NCBI GenBank assembly: GCA_028534125.1
Contig: CM052817.1
Span: forward strand, 49,664,038 to 49,728,000
DNA from: Lama glama
Taxonomy: Eukaryota
Length of the DNA stretch: 63,963 nucleotides
Direction: 5' to 3'
Shown: in pieces, positions 14,101 to 42,115 of the stretch
Layout: each line of letters opens with the position of its first letter
How positions within the stretch are numbered: the stretch's first letter is position 1
Made by a program: the position numbers and the translations under genes
The notes under the pieces: model-generated
What the model was told of the DNA's origin: nothing
What the model saw: only the letters and a program-made list of their open reading frames with translations
Database searches by the model: none

Positions 14101-14140
14101 GAGAGGGTGAGCTACGAGCATCCTTATACTCCACTATCTT
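11104..14140 (-). mobile_element. L1-derived ORF1-only (half-L1-like) element, copy 2, complete (~3.0 kb)
   Basis: 5'UTR 12820-14140, ORF1 12819-11929 (frameshift near 12591), spacer, junction at ~11789, ORF2 C-terminal remnant (PMFIAALFTIAKTWKQP), 3'UTR, poly(A) seen as a T-run at 11104. Confidence 0.92.
11929..12819 (-). pseudogene. L1 ORF1p (copy 2), one frameshift
   Basis: ATG AGC AAT ATG AAG AAG at 12819; the 220-aa ORF 11929..12591 covers the C-terminal two thirds. Confidence 0.9.
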
Positions 14141-14888
14141 GCTTCTCCTCTGCTACTGTCATTTGTAGTAATTACTACAATTAAATATTGTTTTGGCAAT
14201 AACTACCTGAATTTATCAATTCTTTCAAGTTTATACAAGTGAAATCTTCTGTTATTCTTGCAATTCAAGCTAAAATACCAACTCTCTGGTAAAATGTCCA
14301 TGTCTTCTCTGGAAATTCTCTCTTTTATTAAAAACTAGTAAGTTAAAATTCAGATTACTGAAATGCTTGCAATACAAGATAAAGTTTAGAGCACATATCA
14401 TGAGGGAAAAAAACTGCGTTTGGGGCCAAGTCTGATAACAGTAACAATGAGTGAGCGCTTGCTATCTCTTTCACTCTTAGAATATCTCTGTAGGGATCAT
14501 CTGTATTTTACAGATTAATAAACTCAGCCTCTAATAGATGAGGTGCAAAGTCATTCTGCCTGAAAACAACCAGGCCCTTTCCACTATACATGCCACCTCT
14601 CTTCAGACTGCTGCGACCAAAGCAACCTCTTAAAGAAAAAAGTAACGTGAGACAAATACTCATATTTTCTGTTGAAGACTATGTGAGATAAACAGGATTG
14701 CTAGAAGTAGTAAAATATCATGTAAATGCATAAAATATTATATAACTTTGTCTTCAAATATCTTTTTAAGAGCCTGACCCATAATAGTGCACAATGCATG
14801 CATTAAGATGCAATCCAATAACAGGTAACTTATCAGCTTCTTTCTTGCCCATGAGATAACAGTAACCTAGAGAAAACTTTATTATTGT

Positions 14889-14920
14889 ATGATAGATCAC
14901 ATAAAAACCAGATTATACAG
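14889..14920 (+). CDS. TMPRSS11G: Candidate first coding exon of TMPRSS11G (MIDHIKTRLYR, phase 2)
   Basis: ATG at 14889 is open to a strong donor CAG|GTGAGT. Phase 2 fits the exon 2 acceptor at 22424 and gives ...LYR|PS, like the family-typical MYRP start. Competing candidates exist at 14808 and 19486. Confidence 0.4.
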
Positions 14921-15199
14921 GTGAGTGGGATATTGAGAAAACCATCTGGGAAATTAAGAGAAAGTGGGAAACTCTTCTCTTAATTATCTAGGTAATTGTC
15001 TTAATTCTTGATTTCCTTTTCTCAGAGTGATTCTGCAAATTGTAGGAGGATATGCCTAGAACCCCATCTTTTTGCTCTATATCCTATACTCCCTTCACTT
15101 AAATTTTATTGTCTCTACAGAAAACACAACAATGCAGTTCAATGAACTAACCAGAATTTATTGCCCACTTTGGGCCAAACACTGTGTCAAACATTCCTG

Positions 15200-16290
15200 T
15201 TGTTACAGGAAGAAAGGCAGAGAAGACAGGCATAGAATTGACATAGAAAAGGCACAACTGGGATGGGAGATGGGTTAGTGGGAGCTTATGGATGCTCTCT
15301 TCTGATTATTTCTGTTTTCTCAGTGAAATGAGACAAAGGCCATCAGCTGAGGGTGAGGATGAAGGAAGAGTTATTGGAGATTTGAGAAGAGAAAGTATGA
15401 AACAACTGTTTCTCACACTAGAAGAAAGAGAGAGTAACTAAATTAGTATGATCGCCAGGAAGCACTGAGGGAAAACTCGATGTTAGTGATCCTGTGTTTA
15501 AAATGAGACTCATAAGCATAAGTTGAGCATTTTTTCCCAGCCACATTTATGCAAATGCAAAGTAGACACAGAAAGTTGTATTTAACCAGGGTTGGAATTT
15601 TGCTACATGATTATGACAAAGTAAGAGAGGATTGCAGGACTGAGGGTGTACACCAGGGAATGAGTCCAATGAGGGACCATAGGATTTATGGTACGTAAGA
15701 GGGCAATGAGAACACGAGGGTGTTGGGAGACAGTGAAAACATAGTAGGCTCAGTCAGTTTTAAGTCCCAGTGGGATTGAAGTCAGGGTACTAAGACAGTG
15801 AGCTCGAAGGACAAGTGGTGGAAGTTGAAGAGTTAGATGACTAAAATTTAGATTATGGAGAAATTGAAGCTCTTGGTAATGGCAAGATACAGAGCCTGAG
15901 TATAAGAGTGGGCAGCTGAGGCAGAAAGAAGGACAAGGCCATTGGCACAAATAGCCAGAACAGAAAATAGAACGTGAACAATACAACAAAATAGACAGCA
16001 ACAAAGCTGTATAGGAGACTTCAAGAGAGTTGCTAACTGGGGTGGGATTGTGAAAGGAATTAACCTTTAAAGGAAGGAAAAGGCATTAGAGCAGAGCACT
16101 GAAAGGTTTCCAGAAATGGAAATTCTAGCTGCTGGGGAAAAGGAGGTTAAAAATACAGAGGAAGAGAGGACATTTTAGGCAGAGGAGATGTTGTGAGCAA
16201 AACAGGGGTGGGTGGACATAAGGAACAGAATAGCACATGTGAAGGGAAGAGAACTCAAAGGTTAGACACAGCAAATGGAGGACTTTTCTT
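15200..16290 (-). mobile_element. Degenerate L2 fragments
   Basis: Purine-rich, with 'tttctcagtgaaatgagacaaaggccatcagctgag' L2-like segments; a similar segment lies at 45675-46010. Confidence 0.5.
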
Positions 16291-16304
16291 TTAAAATGTA
16301 AATT

Positions 16305-16478
16305 AAAATAGATAAACAACAAAGACCTACTTTCAATTTTCTGTAGTTAGCTGTAATGGAAAAGAATCTGAAAAATATATATGTGTGTATGTATATTTTT
16401 AAGTGAATTGCTTTGCTATACACTTGAAACTAACACTGTTAATCAACTGCACTTCAAAAAAATAAGAATATAAAAAAA
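16305..16478 (+). mobile_element. Short L1 3' end (artiodactyl type)
   Basis: 'aaatagataaacaacaaagacctact...gaaactaacactgttaatcaactgcacttcaaaaaaa'. Confidence 0.7.
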
Positions 16479-16479
16479 T

Positions 16480-17050
16480 GTAAGTTATATCACATCCTTT
16501 CCACATTTAAAATTGTCCAGTGGGTTCGTATAGCCCTTAGAATTGTAACACCTTGCCACGGTCTTCAGGACCCCATGATTTGGTCCTTGCTTGTCTCTGG
16601 CTAAATTTTCTCTACTTTTCCCTGGACCTGCTGTGATCCAACACACTGGCTTCGTTTGTTTCGTGAACTCAGCAAATTCACTCCTGTTCCAGCTCTAGGA
16701 ATTTGGTGACACCTGGTTGCTCTTTCCCCAATTCTTCTGGAAGATGTTTCCTCACTATTGACCTCTCAGCTCAAATGGCATCTCTCAGGGGACAACTCCT
16801 TGTTACCCAATTAAGCAATCTCTTCCCCCGGCCTCCAGTCATACTCTGTTCATTAATGTGTTTTACTTTCATGAGTTGAAACTTATTCTTCAGCTTGTTT
16901 ATTTTCATTTCCCTTCCACTAGTCTGTGAGCTCCATGAAAGCAGGAAACTTGTCTGTCTTGTTCACCATGGTTTTTCCAACAGAATCAGTTTTTAGCATA
17001 TAATAGGATCTCTATAAATATTTCTTGAATGAACAAGTGAATGAATACCA
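16480..17050 (+). mobile_element. L2 3' end
   Basis: 'tgtgagctccatgaaagcagg...aaatatttcttgaatgaacaagtgaatgaat' is the L2 terminus. Confidence 0.75.
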
Positions 17051-18829
17051 ATCTAAAGTGTTTACAGTCTATGTAATGATAAATATCTGAAAGTTTTTGC
17101 ACCTTATCAGAACTGTATATTTAGAAGATAAATTCTGGCTGCAACATTGTAGAATATGTTTGAAGGGAAGTTATCATAGGAGATAAAGAGATCTATTAAT
17201 GGCTACTATGACTGTCCAGATGAGATACATTGAATGCTTGAGGTAGAATGGTATTAGGGAAATGCAAAGAAGGGACAAACAGGAGAGACAATTCTAAGGT
17301 AGACTGATTGGGTGAAGGAGCTATGGAGAAGGAGACACTCATGATTTCAAGGTTCAGAGAGTGGGTAATCTAAAAAAATCTGAATAATCTTATTAATACA
17401 TATATTCGTTTTTTTTTTTAAGTAGAAGGAGGTAACAGGAGAGGGGAATAAGAAATAAATGACTAAACTGGAAAGAAAGTGATAGAATAAGACGGGGCAG
17501 AGGAAACAAGTAGAAGGAAGAAAAGAGACAAAATCCACTATGGGACAGCAAAGAAAAGATCACTGAAGATGTGGAAAATTATATTTATTTGTACTATAAC
17601 TTTTTTTGATTCGTAGATAATACATTAGCTTGTGTTTTAATGTTCAAAGAAGCCCTGCCTTCCTGTGGAACTCAAAATCTGTTGTTAAATAGCAGTGGGA
17701 AGAGACATGTTTATAGATCAATGATGCTTAAATGAGAACACTAGCAAGAAGGAAAATATACTAACAAAACTGAAATAGTATTAGCCAAAGTGGGTGGAAA
17801 GTACTGCTCTGGTCAGTTATTTTCGACAGCCCAGGTCAATGGTATATGCATTCTTCTGGATCCTCATCAGGTATTAATTACCTCAGTACTCTAAAATTCC
17901 GTTCAAGGAACAACTTTCCACAGAATTTCACCATGTAAATTTGCATTAATGAGCAGAGCTCTGAAGAGTAGCACTCTTTGACCTTGTTTATTCCCTTTTG
18001 AACTACTACCAACTAAAACAAGTTATTTTAATTATATTCTAATTATGACATCCATCAACTTTTCATTTATGAAACATTATGTCATTCTTATTTGCCTAAT
18101 GTGGGGTTATGGAAACAAGACACACAGCTTGTCAGAACACGAAACATAAAAAGGAAGCACAGATCTTCATTTAATCTTTTGCACAACTTTTAATATTTCT
18201 ACCTACATCATAGATTTAATGAAAGTCTCATCGAATTTGGTGGTACAATTAAAAAATGATCATCATCATCATTGCTAAGCCACTGTTATTATTATGAATA
18301 ATGACATTACCATTTCCTGGTATGTGCATATCAACTTTCTTCCCACGTTGTGCTGTCTTCTTTAAGCAAAGAATTAAAATCCCCAGCTAGATGATTCACC
18401 TATCTTGTCTTGACTTAAATTTTCCCATACCCATTATTTTTGTCCAGTAATTCTTTCCCCATGGATGCTCTAAAATGTGCTCACCACATAATGTCTACTT
18501 CTGAATCCTGTGATTACTCTTGAAGGTTCTGGTGTCCTCCCTTTCTCCAACCGTGGAAATTTTTTTTTTCAATCTGCTGGAACTCTCCATGGGGATAAGC
18601 AGGGCTTTGCTAGGCTCCCAAGCTTCTTCCCTATCTCTGTGTAGTTCGTGCCAGTGTTGCCACTCAGATTCTCAGGTCGTGGACACCAGTTGTCACCTCT
18701 TTCTTTCATGTGCAGTATGTCCACCATCTAGCACACACTTTCCACCAGCTCACTCCATCTATGTACAAACTCCTTGCTATTCTTTATCAGCTGTTTTTGA
18801 TAATATAAATAGTAAAATAACAAAAATTC

Positions 18830-19055
18830 CTAAGTCCTCACCATGTTTTATTTACTGTTCTAAGTGTCCTTCCATGTTACTCAAATCTTTTCAACAAATT
18901 CCACAAGGTTGGTATTGTCACCCCCATTTTACCAACAAGGAAGCTGAGGCACAAAGAAGTTGAATGATTGCCCAAAGTCCTGCAGTGGGGAGTTGGGATA
19001 AGAACTCAGTTGGGCTGGCTGCAGAACCCACACTCTTAACCATCATGCTGAGCAA
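18830..19055 (-). mobile_element. MIR SINE
   Basis: MIR core 'ccccattttaccaacaaggaagctgaggcacaaagaagttgaatgattgcccaaag'. Confidence 0.75.
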
Positions 19056-20579
19056 CTTCTTTTGGAGACCATGAGCCCTTCAAATCATATGGCTATTGCT
19101 GTGGCAGAAAGAAATTACCTTATTCCTCATCTTTGAATCATCGAGTGACAACACTTTAATTAAATAAAGCATTTAGAAAAAACTCCAGGAAAAATAAAAG
19201 ATGTTAGGGGAAAGAATTTGAAGATGTACCTTGGTCAAATATTGTAACATTGAAAGAAAATGGCTGACATTGAAAAGAGCAGAAAGAGTTCTTTCCAGTC
19301 TGCTGCGCTTTGGTTCAGTAATCCCCTAAGAGAGAGTCTGGATCATGAGCCACTTGGAATTTAAAAGAAAGTAGGGGAGGGATTAAAAGGATGACATTTT
19401 TCAAAAACACTGACTCTTTGTGAATGGCTTTCCTGACTGACCTGTTGAATAGGTGGTTTTTGTTGCTGCTCTTCTTTGCTTTGGCATGAACATTTCAAAG
19501 GTAAGGTCACTTATATTTTTCTTTTATTTGAAAGCCATAGGCTTCTCTAAGGCTGGATATTCCTATCCTACAGTGAACCTGCTTATATTCATCTTGTTGG
19601 GTTAGTTTGACCAAAATTAAATTCTCTCAATCAGAAGGATTAGGGGGAGGGAGAATCCAGGAAGGAAAGAGGGAAGAATTGTCCTTTAGAGATTTTTAAG
19701 TACAAAATTTATAATTATATTTTGATTCCATAAAAATGCTTTATCTTATTTCTCCTCCTGCTGTTTTTGAAGCAATTCATCTCTAGCAAAACTCTCTGCT
19801 AAAAACAGCCTTTGTGTTGCAAATACTTTAGGGTTGCCTACTACCTTATACCACATTACTCTAATTAATAGACAAATATTTACCAAGGACATATGAGGTA
19901 TAAACTCTACCAGTATGGAACAATCATTGAAATTAGTCATTGAAATTAATCACTGGTTAAGTTAAACTTAAGTGAGCACTAAAATAAATCAGGGAGCAAA
20001 AGTTATTTTCATTTTTTAAAAAACATCTAGGAATAAATATTTTAGGGCATATCTGCAGGGTTAAGGAAATGAACTCCAACAATTTTTCTTTTATGGTCCA
20101 TCCATAAAATGGTAATTTAGTCACAGTGATGTTTCTGGAGTTAGAAGTGGAATAGCTGAACAGAAAACCACATTCTTTTGATGAGAATTTTGTTGCAAAA
20201 CAAGCTCCCTCTTTAAGAATGCTCTTCTGTACCTGATACAGAGTGGAGGACAGTGAGACGATGGGTCCAGCATTTTCAAGCTTTAAAGAAGTATCATTAT
20301 TTTTCAGCCATTATTTCCTCCAAAAAGAAATCATTAATCCTCTGAAATTCTCTTAGAAATTTTCTTCAAATCTGGCGGCAATTTTTGTACACTGTGCTCC
20401 TCCTTTAAAAGACTCTAAGTTCCTTGAAAGGAAGGCTTATTGAAGACCCTCCTCTATGTTCCTCTGTGTTTCGTACATAGTAATGATCAATAAATATCTA
20501 CCGAGTTAACTATTACTCTGCATTAAATTCACCTCTATTCTCATTCATAAACTCTACTTCCTCAAATATGTCCTTGAGA

Positions 20580-20890
20580 AATTCTTGTCCTTGTCCTTGT
20601 CCTTGTATATGCTGTTCCCACTGCCTGACAATTCCTCCTCTTCAGCCTTCAAGGCCCAGTTCGAAGGACAGCTTCTCTAAGGCAAAACCATTTGTGCCTA
20701 CTCATCCCCCCATAGCATACTGGGTATAATTCCATTATGACATCTATCATTTGTATTACAGTAGTTACTTAATATGTCTCTAGATTGTACACCTTGAAGG
20801 TGGGAGACTACATCTTATTCATCTTTCAATCTTGAGCAGAAAATGTTTGGCACACAGAAGAAACTTATAAATTTCAACTGAATGAGTTCA
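20580..20890 (+). mobile_element. L2 3' end fragment
   Basis: 'tagattgtacaccttgaaggtggg...tttggcacacagaag...ctgaatga'. Confidence 0.55.
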
Positions 20891-22423
20891 TGACTGCCCA
20901 TGATCTTCTGTTAATACAGGTGATAAATATGTTCACCAGCTCTTGTCTATGCCCCAGCAGGATCTCAGCTCTTCTAATGAAACTTCAGATGTTTGCTGAT
21001 TGTGATACTCTTGTCATGTCACCAACCAAAGAGTAGCAAGCCAGAGTAACTTTAGATCCTTCCAGAAACACAGCAGAACTCAGAATTGGTGCTACCTGAG
21101 ATACTTATCAGAGCTAAGGTTGATAGTTCTGGACTGGGGAAACTGCCTTTAGCTTCTTTTGTCAGACAGAAGCATCCCTACTCCTTTAAGATCATTGATA
21201 CCCAAAGGCACACCTCAGTTAATATCTTTACTTTTTTAAGAAGGATCTATTTTCCACTTTGGCAGTACTAGATACCAATCCCAGAAAAGGCAATTCCTTC
21301 TTCTTCTCTTCTATGTCTAATTTTTAACTGAACAAGAGCCAGTACCTTTAACTTTCAGAAGCATAATCCCATTCAGCTCTCCCGTGGATCAGATCCTCCT
21401 AGACAATCCATGTCAGTCTCAACTCTGTCATTGTTTAGACTTGGTCTCTAGACTGTGGGCCCTGACATGAGGATGGAGACAGAGCTTTGCCACATCTCCT
21501 TGCTTTCAAAAAGTCTTCCTAAATACCAGTCATTTACAATATCACTTTCATGTTTTTTTGCTATGTTTGCATACTACTGATACTACTAGTCTTAATATTT
21601 TTCTTTAAGTTGATTCATTATTTACTCAAATAAACATGGCTTTGCCCTGTGCAATATTACCTATAAAAGTCACAGGTTTAAAATCTTACAACCTTATGAA
21701 ACGATACTCGTTATATCGCATCAGTGGGTCTCATGTCACAGAGTTCCTGAGTCCAGAGTTCTGAGCTATCACTACTTATTTGTTCACTATATGAATGAGC
21801 TCTTCTTGGTTTGTGTATTATTTCTTCCTTATAGTTCTCTATTTCCTATTCTTCAACCTGCTGTATTTTAGATGTTCTTCATACGCCTTACAGACTACAT
21901 GTCCTATAAATCGGGATGATGGATATAAGAAGTATGAAAAGAGCCCCAAAGCCCAAGTCCTAGTTCCAGCTCCTCCACTATTCAACTCTGAGGTTTTAGT
22001 AATCACTCTGAGCCACTGCCTGTTCATGCTAGAATGAGGAGTGTCCCAGATGCCCTCACTCTTTGAGGCTCACTATGATCTGAAGCACATGAACCAAATA
22101 TATAGCATTAGTTCATTTACAAAGACAAAAATATTTCAGAAAATATTTCACAAAAATATATCTAGTATAATGGACCAGGAAACATAGGAAATAGTACCCA
22201 ACTGTAGTGTAATTCTGACTTTTAAAATCAAAATATAAAGTAAAATGTTAATGAGATTTTTGACAGTATTTTGTTCTAATTTTTATAGAAAAATATACTT
22301 AAACGTCACTAAATGCAATAAGGGCTAACTATAAATTTTGGGGGAAAAAACTTATACCAAAACTATGTGAAACCAATTCTAGTGTTTAAGTTTTGCTTTT
22401 AATACACAACTCTTTCTCAAAAG

Positions 22424-38251
<15,828 letters not shown>

Positions 38252-39750
38252 TGCAGCAATCACCTCTGCAACCAAAGTGCAAACGTCATGTGTAGTCTCT
38301 AGCAAATTGTGTTTAGTATGTACTGTGATGTGTATTGTCATCAGGTTTCAGATGCAAATAACCATGATCTGACAGCTCTCCCCTCAAATGTGAAGAAAGC
38401 AGGCTTTCTTTCACGTCACCTGAAGTGTTTTGCTGACCATGAGCAAACAAGATACTGTTAATGCCACAAAGATCTGCCATTGCTAAGGGTCTCTGATTAC
38501 CTCCTGCCTCACCTTTCTGTCCCCACTACACACTTCCTGTTTTAGAATAATCCAGCAGTTTAATCAGATAAGTGCTAGCTGGCTAAATACTCTTTGTTTT
38601 TCTCCTGACAGAGCACACTGCCCTTCCCTAACTCCACAGTATTTATCTTCCTTGTCAAATAATGCTCATTAAGAATCTGTAGGTCCACTGTACCAGACAA
38701 AGCAAGGTAATTCGCCTTGGCCAATGCTAACATAAATGATGAAGGGGCACTAGACATGGAACCAGGACATAAGAGGTGGCACTACTGTTAAGTCCTTTTC
38801 CCTTTGCCCTCAGATGAGCATTTAACCTCTTTCTGAAACTTGAAAAAAAAATTGACATTTACATTTATACCCAATAGTGAAGATTTTAAACCCTTTAAAC
38901 AACTACACTAATATTGACTTTGGAACAAGAAATAAATCCTTGGATCAGATAGAAGGAGAACTGGAAATACTGCCTAGCGCCGGATTTTGTTCTAAACTAT
39001 GTAAGAATGTCTTTTGGTATTCAGAAAATAAAAGCAGTTCCTTAGACTTTTTGCCAGATGGGAAATGAGAAGAGGCAAGAACTCAATGAAAGAAGTTGCT
39101 TTTCATCTCTAAGAACAGGAGAGGTGCACCCTTCAGTAGCTCAGATCATAGGGCAGAAGACTGTAGACCAGACGTGTGTAAAAATGGGAGAGGTTCCAAT
39201 CCTGGTATAAATTTACTTTTCACTTCTGTTAAATTATTTGCTAATGTAGTTTATTTGCTAAACAGTTTTATTTTCAATCAACATCAGAACAATTAAGGGA
39301 CACACTGAATGAGAAGCCAATATAAATAATATATTCATAAATAACTTATATGAGAAGCCAATATAAAATTAGAAATTCACAGACAATCTGATAAAAGATT
39401 TGGAGGAAGACTTTATTAGTATAATATTTAAATTCACTGTTAAAATGATAGGCATTCTTTGAAGAATTATATTTATAGAGAATATTTAAAAAAGAAAACA
39501 TCTTTGGAATGGTTTACTATATAAAATAGTCAATTTCATACACAGTTAATGCATATTTTGTGGCACTGTATATTACTATGGACTAGTGTTAAACAAAACT
39601 CAAAATTTCCCTGTGCATCTAAACCTTTATTTGCTTCCCCCTTCCTTTTATGAATAATTTAATTAAATAATTGTCATGTTAAGACTTGAGTTTTATATCA
39701 AGAGTCTCTTACCTCATATACTATTGTATACATTAAAATGTATTTATAAA

Positions 39751-39756
39751 AATAAA
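39751..39756 (+). terminator. Candidate polyadenylation signal of TMPRSS11G
   Basis: AATAAA at the end of an AU-rich stretch ~1.5 kb after the stop; another AATAAA lies at 38931. Confidence 0.35.
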
Positions 39757-39784
39757 CTTAAACTCATTCTCTTTGAATCATCAC

Positions 39785-40013
39785 TATATGTCTCAACCTT
39801 GACATTGTGTCAGTAATGCCAAGATAATTCCTAGTTGACAGGGAGTTAGAGGGGCGGCACCATCCTCTGCACTGTAGAATGTTTAGCAGCTCTCCTTCTC
39901 TCTATACACTAGATGCCAATAGTAACCCTATCAAGTTGTAACAAACAAAAATGTATCCAGACATTACCAAATGTTCTCTCAGGGGCAAAATTACCCCTCA
40001 TGGAGAACCACTG
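39785..40013 (-). mobile_element. MER20 DNA transposon
   Basis: 'tgtttagcagc...ctagatgcca...ccagacattaccaaatg...ggggcaaaattaccc...gagaaccactg'. Confidence 0.8.
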
Positions 40014-40267
40014 TCATGGGATCAACACTCAGAGGAAAAGAGTCATTGTTAAAAATTTTGTACCCACAATTTCCTTACATGAGTTTGGGAGTATCTTTCT
40101 TCTCCCCCTTTATATAATGCTGATGCGTTGAAAAAGCTTTAAGACCATCCATCATGATCAAATTCACATTTAAACAATCCTAGTCAAAGTAAGATCACTT
40201 GGAAACTGAAACTGGTTGGAGAAAGGCAGTATGAAGGCTGAGTTGATACAAGCAAATAATTAATGTC

Positions 40268-40410
40268 TAGATAGATGGATGAATGATAGATAAATCAGAT
40301 AGACAGATAGACAGACAGACATACAAATACAGATGTAGACAGATCCTTCTATAGAGATACAGAGATCTCTATATAGAGGTATCAATATAAATCTGTATCT
40401 AGAGAGAGAA
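40268..40410. repeat. Degenerate (TAGA/CAGA)n simple repeat
   Basis: tagatagatggatgaatgatagata...agacagacagac. Confidence 0.7.
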
Positions 40411-41719
40411 ATTTGTCAATTGGATTGTGCAGTATATTAACTAAGAACTTAGACCAAATATGTTACTATGCTGCCATCTCCTGGTCTATGTTATTTTTAA
40501 AAGATATTTTATTGTAATTTCATTTCAAGCTATAAATTACGTGATCTGTTTTCCAAGCATAGAGTAAGACAAAGAAAAATCTGTCAATCCTGCCCCAATT
40601 TTTCCCTAAAGCAATTCAAGTTTAAAGTTTTGTATATCTTTTCACATTGTTCTGCTTATATAAACATAAACAAATGTATCTATTCATTTATAAAAGGTTT
40701 ACCCACTTTTTTTCCCCCAAAAAGACACCATTTTACACACATACGCACACACAGAATATTTGGGATTTTGTTTCTGCCAAGATGGTAAAATAGCATAGGA
40801 TACAAATCAGCCAAATCAAGTAACTGTGGACTAAAGAGGTAAATGTGTATCCTGGGCTAGGAAATCAAAAACCCAGGTGAGAGACTGGGTGATCCAGAAC
40901 TGGAATACGGAGGCAGGGCAGGTGGCTGATGCCCAAAGTGGGATAAATGAATAGCTGAAAGAAATTATTTTTAAGTTTTACTCTGTGTCCCCCACCACCC
41001 TGCCTTGTCTTATATTGCTCTGGACAAAGTTCACCTGTTTTTCATACCAGAAACTAAACTCAGCAATCCAGACCACCAGTTTTGCAAGTATCAGGGTCAG
41101 TGCTTATGAAGAAGAGGAGCTTCTAGACAAGGTGGCAGTGAATCAGCTGCTTTCAGAAATTCTTTTCCTCACCCTCACTCCAGACCTCCAGCACTAGTGG
41201 ATTCAAATGTAAAGAGTTGGTTTCCTCCCAGTGCTGCTAAGAACCTAGCTCTGTAGCTATTGCTCCTGTGGCAGGCCTTGGCTTGCAGAAGAAAGCCACT
41301 GCTGAACTCTCACTGGCTCATTCCTAATGCCTCTGGATAAACGGCATGGGCTTTCCCACCGTGCTTAGTTAATCTTCAGCCTGCTACTTAGCTGTGTCTA
41401 CTTTTCCTCTGCAGAAGATAAAGGCTTCTTTGTAACTCCTCTCACATTTAACTGATTTTAAACAGCTCTCAATTTCTCCTTATCCCAATGCAGGGCAATG
41501 ATGCAATTTAGCAGTAACCAGCCAATTCCACTATCTCTGCGGGCATTTCTCCTTCTTACCTTTTAGGTGACTGAACTATCACACCTGCAATGGTGATGCC
41601 TTTACCAGGTGGTTTTCCCAGGTCACTGCAGCTGTCACCTTATGCCAGAGATTAACTGTGGCTCACATGCCACTCAGAATCTCTTCTTTACTCAATAGTC
41701 AGGGAAATGAGTTTGTTGG

Positions 41720-42115
41720 TCCTTAATTTTCTGGCTCCCAAAGTGGGATCTGAGGTACAAAAGATTTATTGGGGGAAATTTCTGTGAAGAAATTGAGTTA
41801 CATGCTGGAAGAGGCAGAGATGCTGTAGGATGCAGTTCAGGTCTGACATTTGTGTAGAAGACGAGGAGGGAAGAAGAGTTAGGTAAGAAAAGTCTCACAT
41901 GGCAGTGCAGGTCCAAGACAATTTGGCCAAGCCTATCGGGAATCCTCCAGTTAAAGTCACCCATCACAGAAGCCCCACGTTTCCTAGGAACATGCCTGCC
42001 TTAACAAGCCTGCTGTGCTTGGTCAGAGGCTGAAAGAAGCTTGTAAGAAGCATGGCCAGTATTGAGTCCTGAGGCGCGCTCAGAGCACAGCAGCTGGGGC
42101 ATCTGCCAATTAAAT
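41720..42115 (-). mobile_element. LTR16-like ERVL LTR
   Basis: 'agatttattggggg...gcagttcaggtctgaca...cacagcagctgggg'. Confidence 0.55.

Noticed and set aside
19453..19500. 48-nt internal coding exon (ag|GTGG...AAG|gtaagg) between the candidate exon 1 and exon 2
   Set aside because: In the required phase-2 frame it contains TGA (GCA TGA); kept only as a possible alternative first exon.
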